Source: Catajapyx aquilonaris (Eukaryota). From it: 43,949 nt of DNA. The notes under the pieces are model-generated. The model saw only the letters and a list, made by a program, of their open reading frames with translations, ran no database searches and had not been told where the DNA came from. The stretch spans positions 1-43,949 of the forward strand of contig JYFJ02003282.1 in NCBI GenBank assembly GCA_000934665.2. The letters run 5' to 3'. Position 1 is the stretch's first letter; each line of letters begins with the position of its first letter. Shown piece by piece: positions 1-11,200 of the stretch. Made by a program: the position numbers and the translations under genes.

Positions 1-250
1 TCTGTTTAACGGGTGTAAGTGAATTAAGTGGTGGAAAGCCTAGGAAGTTATAATTATTAAATGCCTCACGAGTGTCATGGTGCTGGGAGCAAGTACAGCA
101 AGTACAAGTTCCGGCAGATAAGTGAAACTTGCAGATAAACTGAACCCAGTATAATATATGTTTGTTAAACATACTGTACTGATTAATTGTATTTACACGT
201 TATACACATGAAGACATCGACAAACACAACAAGACAATTGGATGTTTATA

Positions 251-453
251 TCTCTGGCTTCGTTTCGGGTGGCAATTTCCGATAGACTAAGCCACCCGGG
301 GGAGTTCACAAAATGACGATTAGAGACATTGCACTTGCACTTTGCACATCCCCTCCCACCCACCCTTGGAGTACACTAATAAGATTCTATCTTAACTCGC
401 TCCAACGAAAACCCCAATGGTGGTAATCCACCCCCCNCAAAAAAAAAAAAAAA
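251..453 (+). mobile_element. SINE family A, 5'-truncated copy
   Basis: Body nearly identical to ~38897-39010; poly(A) tail; TSD ACAATTRGATGTTTATA at 234-250 and 454-470. Confidence 0.85.
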
Positions 454-831
454 ACAATTAGATGTTTATAATACAGCCCTGTACTGTGATAAAAATACGG
501 TTTGATTTTTTAAATTTCATGTTTTTAAATATTTGCAGTAGTCTATGTCATATTATCAAACCGCGGATAACCTCGGATAACGGGGGCCTATATACTGTAC
601 GTAACACTGGGAGGGTGTTGATGCCAGTGTGACGAAGCGTGACTTTGACTTGAGGTTGAGAGTAGGATAGTTCGGCCGAGCTGGATGTCAGTTTGTCACT
701 CAAAAGGCCATCTTTAAGATCTTTAAGAGTCCATTATTATTACTCCAGAAAAGCATAAAAGGCAATATCGGCCACATGCGTATGTAATTACTTCGATTAA
801 ATTATCTGTTGTTAGTCCATTCATTCATTTA

Positions 832-1541
832 GCTACCAGCTAGGCCGAAAACACCTAGATTTGAGCTTATACGCCTACTCTGAAGATAAAGACAAGATAT
901 TCTACAAATAATAACAGCTATATTTAGCCATTCATGGTGAACACTATGACTCAATGTGTTGCGAACAATTTTACTCCTTTAGAAGTCCCTAAATTAATTT
1001 CCAAAAAGACCGCCTTAAAAATTCGAAGTTCGTGTACTGCCGGCCAACTGTTAGGCTGATTTAATTATGAAATACGCTAAACTATACGGATCAACAAGTC
1101 CTTGAGAACCGGGCCAGACGAATTTGCTGAAATCGTCGTACTTGCGAGTAATAAATTAATAATTATGTGCGGCTTTTTGACACTTCGCGAGAGGCAAATA
1201 AATTTGGGAGTTTTCCGAAGTGTCAAAAAGCCGCAAATAAGTATTAAATTGTTTATCGCAAAGTACGATGATTTCAGCAGATTCGTCTGGCACCGTTCTC
1301 AAGGTTGTTGTTTCGCATATTTTAGCGTATTTCATAATTAAATCAGCCTAACAGTTGACCGGTAGTACTCGAATTTTGCTGCCTTTTTGGAAATTAATTT
1401 CGAGACTTCTAGGGGGGTAAATTGTTCGCAACACATTCATAGTGTTTTCCACGAATTGGTAAATATAGCTGTAGGTGTTTGTAAAATATATTGTCTAGGC
1501 GTAAGCTCAAATCTAGGGTGTTTTTGGCCTTAGCTGGTAGC
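832..1541. mobile_element. Fold-back MITE with ~330-350 bp arms
   Basis: 832-1187 is the reverse complement of 1216-1541 with scattered mismatches; 28-nt spacer. Confidence 0.85.
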
Positions 1542-4500
1542 GAAGGGGTAGCGAGCAGTGATAACGGGGAACCGCAAGTAAGAGTTGATGCATTCCGCCT
1601 CATCTCACATGAACGCACACATGAACCTCTGGAGCACTGATGATGTGCTGTTATTAAGGATTCATAAAAATGACATCACAGGGCATTATTGTGGAGGGTT
1701 CAGGCAAAATTTATCATTTAATAATTACGCAACGTGTGGTTGTTATTACTGGTAAGCCAGTAGTCAAGTAAGTAATGCTGTCACAGTAAAAGTACTAATG
1801 TAGTGCGCATTGTAATTTTCACTTCGTAATGTTTAGTGTCAGGGACAGTCTGAGATACCTTTGAACCGTACTGTAGAATCCAATAAGTTCATAGCTGCAT
1901 TCAGGCACATCGCAGCTGCATAACTTGTGGTAAAGATGACGAAGATAGGGGCCTTGAGGTCGACACCACTGACGGAGTCGTGGGAGATTGATTTCTCGGA
2001 ATCGTGTCATTGGCATTTGCCAGGCGCCACCTATATGTGGAGGATCATATTATTAATAAATGGTTCAAGTCACATTTGTAGGTGGAATACAGCGACCCGG
2101 AGCACCGGGCGTGACGGTGTCCTCCTTTTAGGTTATTATATTGTATAGTCACCATATTGGTAAACATATTTACAGACATGGTGTCTATGTGCGTGTGTCA
2201 ATGCACTTTTGAGTGTAGTAAGGTGCTTATGGTTTTCGTGGCGCTTACGCATTGTTGTTACGCAATGTTAATCACATGAAAATCGTTGTGGTCGCGTTAC
2301 ACGCCCTGCCTAGTGTGCTCTCTGATTTTCAAAAACCGAAATAAACATGATCCCTAACTTCTTTGTGGCCATGAGTTGCTGGTGCGATGAAATTGCATCT
2401 GCATCCAGCGCGGGATTGGTGTCCAACTGCCATGGATCTGATTTTGCTTCAGCGTTTCTGCCGCATTAAACATGATATTACTGCAAGTGATTTTTCACCG
2501 TGCAGGTCAGGTTTTGTTAACGATTCTGCGGGGAGCTGCTTCTGGACCTCCAATCGATCCCAATTTTGGGACCTTTGCCCATTTGGCCTGCATTTTCCGA
2601 TTAAAAGCAGTCCACTGACCTTTCGCTGCCTTCCTGCTGCTACCATCTATATCTTTCTTTCTTACTGTCTTAACTCAGTCCAATCAATTGAATGCCTCCC
2701 ATCCGATGAAAAGAGCACGTCGATATAGAGGTTGCAGCCAATTATTATTTTTTATATCTCCCAGCAGCAGAGATATTGAACATCTTGATTGCTGCCAGTC
2801 CGTGACAGGGACATTGTTGTGGGTTGCCTCAATATCGTGACGTGTGAATGCACCGATTGCCATTTATGACACGGCGAGCTATTTTTATATGTGCCGATTT
2901 CTTGGCGTCGAGACCGCGGTCTCATTTTTTTTTATTACGAAAATATTACAGTTCACTGCACTTCATTGTGTATGGTAGAGTTGCTTCCCGGAATGGAATT
3001 CCTTTTTCTCACAGCGAAGATCACTGCTCTCGCATGCTTTGTTTCCTTACAGTCAAACTTTCAGTCTTTACGACGAAAATAGTTTTTTTTGGAGGTTTTT
3101 CTTAAAGTCTGGTAAATCTGGAGGCAATCCCATACTGGCAAAGTTTTTTTCATGGGATATTGACTTTTCGGTTCGGAGATCTTTTGTGGCCAGCACCGTG
3201 AATTCAATTTCACACAAAACAATGTAAACTCCGCTTTACAATTTGAAGCTTCAATTGTGACCCAAGGTAGAGGAAAACCAGGCAATGCAGTTGCTACTGC
3301 ACAGGGTGAACTGCTCTAATGTCGACTAAGTAAACCAAAAGGGGGTTGCCCAAGGTAGAGAAATGGAAAATCACTGAACAAGAAAGTGTGTCACACAGGT
3401 TTGCACATGACCTTGACAAGTGGCGGAAGCCTTTGAGTATTGCATAAGTGTCAGGTGATTCAACATTCTTACTCGCAAAAAAAAAAAAATGCACGATTGC
3501 TGGTTTGAGGATCGGCCATTAGTGCGAAATTTGCTCAGATAGTTATTATGTAGACCTGCAACTTTTTTGCTGTTGTTGGCACCAGATTCGCGTTGTTGTG
3601 CGAGAGAGAATACATGTACAGGTGTGCCGGGTGTATTTCCAGGCTTGGGAAGAAGCCTTTATTGATTGGAGAGGAGGGGGTGGAGAAAAGGCCCCCCCTT
3701 TTCCCATTTCATTTGACCCCCCTCTTCCAAAAAAATGGAAAAAAGTGGGGGGAGAAAAAGAAGGAATCTCATAACAGCTAGGGAGAGAAGTGGGTGGGGT
3801 GGGAGATGTGCTCACCTGCATTGGCGTAAAAATCAGCAAGTCCAATTTCCGCGGCATGGTGCGAAATTTCTCGCCTAGTTCTTGTTATCTTGCCAGAAAA
3901 CATGCAACACCTTCCCCTCCTTTCTGGTACCCACCCACAAAACTCGAGAGTTGAGATATGATTGTTCAGACCAAGTTCCGCGCCACTTTTGAGGGGGACA
4001 AAACTAAGTCATCTTAAGTGGAATGGGGTCAGCTGTAATATGGTAATATATCATGCTCAGGGCTGAGCAGGACCACTTTTTCATCCATGTTGTTATAACC
4101 AGGTGTTGTTTATGGTCTGGCGTGATTATTATGCATTAATGCACCCTCCAGAATAATGTCTTGGATTGCATTGCTGCTGTGCCCAGTGAAAGTAATGCCA
4201 ATGGCAAGCAAGCGCATTCAGGTGCACTTTTTTTTGCAACATGATGTGCGATAAAGACTTTTCTTGTAAGGATCTCCTTGGCTCTAACAGTTTTCCCGAT
4301 GTGAAATTAGATTTTCTTGTATTGATTAAGGAGCCTGACAGGCAATGAGAAAGTGAAGACGAAGGAAACCTCTCTCTGGCCTCTGAAGTCAGGAGTTACA
4401 ACTCCACTTTTTTCTGGGCCGTTGTAGTTCTTTCCAGGAGAGTGATGGTCACATATTTTGTAAAATTGACTTATGTCTGCAACTGGGTTGGCTTTGATCC

Positions 4501-5062
4501 TCAGAGGGCCTCAATCAAAAGCTGTCTGAGATTGAGATCAGCAATATATTCCAACGCTGCAATGATATGAGTAATGGATCTGAACTTTTATGTTCACTCT
4601 CTTTGAAAGCTTCAGGCTGTAAGTGCTTGTTGAGTCTCATGCGCAGGGTTTCCTGAAATTTTTATTCAGAGACAAAATGTAATCTCCCACCAATGGGTAA
4701 TTGATGTGGGACAAGTGGAGACATTCACAAGGCTTTACACATTTACTATACAGTATACAAAAAAGAATGGATTGCCTATCTGAATGTGGCGATGCTAAAA
4801 GTACCCACTGCATAAGAGGGACTTGAGTTGGGTGCAAGTGGGAGTTGTTAGTGTAAGGGAATCAGACTTACGGTTCCCAGAAGAGCCACAGATTGGAGGT
4901 GGATGTTGATGGTGAGAGCAGGTGCAGGATGGTTCCCCAGGGAGTATTTCCTCTGAGGGATGTGTATGCGGGCCACCTTAGTTCGGGGTTTGGGAATGGG
5001 TAGAGCTGACTTGAAACACCGCTTCAGAAAAACTAATACTTTATTGCATGTATCATTTGCAG

Positions 5063-5226
5063 GAAGCAGCCCAAATCCTTTGCTTTTGACAACTGCTTTG
5101 ATTCCCTGGATGAAGAGAGCCCTCAATTTGCTAGTCAGGAGATTGTCTTCGACTGCTTAGGAAAGGACATCCTGGACAATGCATTCCAAGGATACAATGC
5201 ATGTATATTTGCCTATGGCCAGACTG
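5063..5226 (+). CDS. KIF13: KIF13 exon (motor: [13 protein letters not shown]...[12 protein letters not shown])
   Basis: tttgcAG acceptor, GTAAGT donor; not in the ORF track; translates to the kinesin motor N-terminal part. Confidence 0.93.
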
Positions 5227-8200
5227 GTAAGTAATTTAGTATCACTCTGTTAATGTATCTTGTGTTTAATTTTAAAATTCTTTTCACAATTTTAGGTTCA
5301 GGAAAATCATACACCATGATGGGCAGCCAGGGAGGGAAGGGGATCATTCCCAGACTATGTGATGCTCTTTTTGAGCGAATCTCTGTAAACAGCAACTCAG
5401 AGCTTTCTTACAAGGTTGAAGTCAGTTACATGGAGATATATAATGAGAAGGTTCATGACCTTCTGGATCCCAAAAGCAACAAGCAGTCTCTCAGGGTCAG
5501 AGAGCACAGTGTTTTGGGTCCATATGTAGATGGACTTTCCAGTTTGGCTGTTACCTCTTTTAAGGTCAGTTGATGTAGCCAGAAATGCTCTTGGGACATT
5601 CTTAGTAATAACAATATTTACAGGATGTGGATGCATTGATGGCAGAAGGCAACAAATCTAGAACAGTGGCTGCAACCAACATGAATAGCGAATCAAGTCG
5701 ATCGCATGCCGTGTTCAATGTGGTTTTGACGCAGACTCTAACGGACAGAATGACTGCTGTGTCCGGAGAGAAGGTGAGCAAGATGTCTCTGGTGGACCTG
5801 GCAGGATCAGAGCGAGCTGTGAAGACTGGTGCCGTTGGGGAAAGACTGAAGGAAGGCTCCAACATCAATAAGTCGCTCACAACGCTAGGGCTTGTTATCT
5901 CCAAACTTGCAGACCAGTCCACCTCTGCATCAGCTAAGCAAAAGGATAAGTTTGTGCCCTATCGAGACTCTGTTCTCACTTGGCTGCTCAAGGTAAAAGA
6001 TGAGAGAAATGTACTTCACACAACTGACATTGTGATTTTTTTCAGGATAATTTGGGTGGTAACAGCAAGACAGTGATGGTTGCTACTATTTCACCAGCTT
6101 CAGACAATTACGAAGAGACTTTGTCCACACTCAGGTATGCAGATCGTGCCAAGAGGATAGTTAATCATGCTGTGGTCAACGAGGATCCAAATGCACGCAT
6201 CATCCGAGAGTTGCGTGAAGAAGTGGAGGCACTCAAAGAGATGCTTAGTCACGCCACGGTTAGTCCACTACTTAGAGAAGTTTTGTCAAGAAGAAAGCTA
6301 GTAGAAAGTGGAAAGTGTCACAGTGATAATTGTGAAGCTTCTGTTCTTTAAGATCCACATGTGCATTGGAGGTTGAAACCTCGGGAAGCTCTTGCTGTGG
6401 CAATTCAAATGCCAAATATATATAACATTGATGGAGAAGCATTTTATCAAAACTGCTACACCTATGTGGTAAATCTGAAATACCATGAAATTTATCATTC
6501 TCAAATTTATAATTTTCCTGGATTCATCAATCAACTCCCAGGAACAAATCCTATATACTATAGGTTCCTCCCATTTAAGGTTTTCCCATTTCAATCGGGG
6601 GTGTGGGGGGTGGGGGAAAAGACAGTTCGAGGTGTACCAACAAAATCGATCAATTGAGGTTTCAGTGTAGTAATGATTTTTATTACAGTAGAACCCTGAT
6701 TATTATCTGTCACCCACGGGACTGGGGCATTGTCAGATAACCGAAAATCCGAGGAGTAAAAGAGCTTTAATAAAACAGAGCAAAAAACATATAAAAACAT
6801 TAAATAACATACAATATTATGGTTTTCTAAGAAATAGGGAAGTATTTTTCTTTGACATGCACTCTACTGTACTGTGTTTATAATTAAACTAAGGCAAAAC
6901 AAACAAATGTGTAGAATATTACACTATTTCATGAGAAAACGGATTTATTGTCCGAGCAGGACGGTTGTAAAACCGGGGTTCTACTGTATGTGGGTTATTC
7001 TATCTCAACTCAAAGTTGGCAACCAACCATTTTGGAATGTGCTGAAAAAGTTCACAGGTATATGTGTTAGGCTAAAACCCCGAAAACGGCTACTGAGCGA
7101 AAAAAACGAGGATTTTGCTAAGTGCTCTTCTCAAAATGGGCAGCATGCAAAATGCCCCTTTTCAAACCATCCATTTCGCGAAATGCTCATTGTAAAATGG
7201 GCAGATCGCAAGATGCACATTTTCTAACAAGCAGACCTTGAAATGCTCCTTTTCAAATGGCCAGAACGCTTTTCTAGACTACACAAAAATGTCAGGACAT
7301 GAACTTAGTGTCATGGCTGGTTCAGAAAAAGCCCATGACGCGATGTGGCAGTTTTTTGTTTCCCACTATGCCAAGTAGGTGGTGGAAATAAATCACCCTA
7401 TTGTTGTTATCTACATGGCATAGTAATAATAATCATAATCATAATAATAATGAATACTCCGTGACAAGCCTCCTTGGGCCTCTTAGGGGATCATCTATTC
7501 ATCAACGATCCTTAATCATTGCCTGTGCTGTGATGGATTTTGATTGTGGGAGGAAACGGGAGAACCCCAAGAAAACCCACTCAAACACGGAGAGAACCCA
7601 TCAAAACTCTATCCACATAAGTAACTGCCTCTGTCTGACCCGGGGATCGAACTCGGGACCTTAGAGGTGGAAGGCTGTAGCGCTAACCACTTCCGCACCG
7701 CCCTACATGGCATAGTGGGAAACTAGAAACTGCCAAAATGCGTTATGGGCTTTTTTTAAACCAGCCACGACACTAAACTCGGGTCCTGACATTTTTGTGC
7801 AGTCCAGAAAAGCATTCTGGCCCTTTTAAAATTAGCATCTAGGAGTCTGCCTGTTTTAAAATGAACATTTTGCGAAGTGGTTGGTTTGAAAAGCATTTCG
7901 CAATCTGCACATTTTAAAGTGAGATTTCGTGACCTGCCAGTTTTGAAAAGAGCCTTCTGCAAAATGCTCTGTCTTTTCCACTCAATGGTCGTTTTCGGGG
8001 TTTGCGCCTAACATATGTACCCACTATGCAGTACATATGAAGATCCAATGTAATGGTTATATGAGACGGCTAGGTGTACACACTAGTCGTCGCTGGCTAC
8101 CTGTCGCTGGCTACCCCATTTCTGGGATTATGCTGTGATGTAATGAATGAATGAAAAAAAAAAGGGACCCACAACCAAATGTGACATACAAAGTATGTTT

Positions 8201-11200
8201 CCAACTGCACAATGGCATGGGGAGTGGAGCCATTCTGAAAGTTAGGCTTTGAAGGAAATGAACTGTATTTCTCAAATCAATTTCTTGATCAAAAATTATC
8301 ACCTGTCATTCCTGCATATTAAAAGAATCAATGGTGTAAATAATTTCCATTTAAAGTGCAAGTGGAATTTTTTTCTTCTGCTCTGGATCATAGATTTCAT
8401 TGCAATTAATCATTTCCTGAATTGGACAAACCTGTCTTTTAAAATAATTGTAGACTGGTTGGGTTGCATGCTTTCTTGTTAACATAAGCAAATTCTATTC
8501 TTGACTAATGTTGAATACTTCTGTGTTACAGATAAAGGAAGACCTGCATGAAAAACTGAGTGAGAGTGAGAAGCTGATGAAGGAGATGTCCCAGACATGG
8601 GAGGAGAAGCTCTTGAAGACAGAAAGGCTCCAGCAAGAGCGTCAGCAAGCTCTGGAGAAAATGGGCATTAGTGTGCAAGCATCAGGGATCAAGGTGGAGA
8701 AGAACAAGTACTACCTGGTAAACTTGAATGCTGACCCCTCCCTCAATGAATTGCTGGTGTATTACTTGAAAGAGCGGACACTTGTTGGTCGCCCCGGGGC
8801 ACCAGTTGAACAGGACATCCAGTTGTCAGGTCTTGGGATCCAGCCAGAGCACTGTCAGATATCTCTGGAGGAGGGGGAGCTGTACCTGGAGCCATGTGAA
8901 GGGGCTAGGACCTGTGTGAATGGGTCATTGATCACTGAGCGAACACACCTAAGGCATGGGGACAGGGTCCTGTGGGGTAATCACCACTTCTTTAGAGTAA
9001 ACTGCCCACGCACTAGAACTGCAACTGGAGGAGACCAAGGAGTCGGGCAGGTGGGAGGGGTGATGACGGAGCCACCCACTCCAGCACAGCCTATCGATTA
9101 CAACTTTGCTAGGGAGGAACTGATGCTGAATGAGCTCGGGAATGACCCTATTCAATCTGCCATTGCCCGCCTGGAGAAGCAACATGAGGAGGACAAACAA
9201 GGTATGGTTCTCTAAAAGGAGCTGTAAATATTGGGGGAATTTTTTTCAATACAGTTTACAATATTTGGTTGTTTATGATGCACACATACATTTTTTGTTG
9301 TAGAATGTATTAGTAGTAATAATAGTCAGGGTACTGCTTGACGTCCTTGCGAGGCAAGATACATATTGGAACCTTTTTTGCAAAGTCTCCGGATCCATGG
9401 GCAGGAGTGACTGGGAGGGGAAGTGCAAGGCCATTCTCTCATAAGGTCATTCTATGAGTTCCCTGAGTGGATTAGTCTAGCTGAGATTTCACCCAAGACA
9501 GAGCCAGACATGACCCAAGTCTGCAGGAGATGAATGGAGAAAGGCCTGGGCTTCAGGTAGAACCCAGGAACCTTCAGTCCATAGGCCCGAGCTTTACAAC
9601 AGCATCACTCTACCTTGTCCAAGAAGTAGTAGTATAGTAGTAAGAAGTTGTCATCTTTACATGTGTAACTCAACCTTGTATAGAAATTGGACATTACATC
9701 TGCCAGTGAATTACAAAACAGGGCTTAACTATGATGTATTTCATGAAAGCACCCCGAGACAACGCACATAGTTGTAAATTGAGTGGAAGCATTTTTTAAA
9801 AGCAATTGCAACAAACTGACTTTGGAGAAGTTAGTACAGTATGCAAGGATATCTTGCATGCTCTTATAGAAATTTTATATCTTTGTATGTCAAATTTGGA
9901 AATGACAATGATTATAATTGCATTTCTTGCAGTTGCCCTGGAGAAGCAAAGGCAGGAGTATGAGAGACAGTTCCAGCAGTTGCGAAACATTCTGTCTCCT
10001 TCCACACCATATTCTCCTTATGTCCCCTTTGACCCCTTCCGACTCGGCAAGATTCCTGGATCTACCCCATCTGTCCAGTCTAGGGTGGAGAAATGGGCTC
10101 AGGAGAGGTTAGGCACGCCTCATTATTTTGAAACATTCTCACTTCCACTGCCAACAGTCTTCCTTCTCATTCTTCTACCTAGTTTTGTTCCTCCTTCAGT
10201 TCAATATTTAAATCATCTGCTATTAAAAGCAAATGGATAATCCATTTGGTTTGTCTTACGAGTTACAGCACCTTAAGCTTGGGATTGCTTAGGAAGCAAC
10301 ATGTTTGACTCTTGTGATGTTTTCAGAATGCGACAGTCAACCTGGGATGAATGCATAATGCATTTGTGCATGGATTTCAGTACTTTTTATTTGCTTCATG
10401 TAGAAGTAAGTTGGTTCTCCAAGTTATGCTAGGAAACACAGCGATTGTTTAGCACATGTTATGCCTACTACTGTACAATGTACAGGTACGGTATTACACA
10501 GCAACGGCAATTTCTACCCCAGGTTGACAAGAAGTTTTACAAGTGGTTCCATGTAGGGTTGTAGAAAATCCTGAATTTTTAACTGTCAGAAAAAATGAGG
10601 TTTTCCCCTGAAAAATAACTCTTTTTGGTGAATTATAATTTTCCATGCATACAGTCAAACTGTTCCAGAATCTGATATGTAATGCAAATTATTATCAATT
10701 TATGACTTTATTACTATTATTTATGCTTAAAACACTCAAAATCTTATTGTTAACTCAAAGCAATGTAGAAGAAAAATTAGCCTGTCACAATCAGTCAGCT
10801 TGCTTGAATGGGGGGTACACCCCAATGCAGGTGTACATTCAAGAACTTCATGCAATAGTAGATTTATGCAAGGGGGATTCCTGCAGTGTTCATAATTGCT
10901 GAGCAATTATGACTTCCTGGACAGTTTTTTAAAGTATCACAGGACCAATTGTGTTGGATTATTGGCTGTTGCCACTACTCACCTCATTTGTTGGAGGTTT
11001 AAATAGTGCACAATATGTGGCATGTCTTTCACTTTGATTTACAACTGCCTAGCAGCAAGGTTAATTTTTCAAGTTGAAGAGAGCAAAACACTGTCATAGT
11101 CATAGTCTGTTTTATGACGAGTGATTAACATGCAGCATTAATAATAAGTGGGGTAATTTTTTAAATCCACTTTGTTCTCCAGAACCATTTGTACAAGTTA

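Noticed and set aside
1..5062. KIF13 start exon(s) with the KVAVRVRP motif
   Set aside because: Not found by eye; probably upstream of the window. The short ORFs here resemble no protein I recognise.
9310..9620. Possible old minus-strand SINE
   Set aside because: Only a decayed B-box-like motif and TAG/TAA-rich flanks; boundaries cannot be supported.
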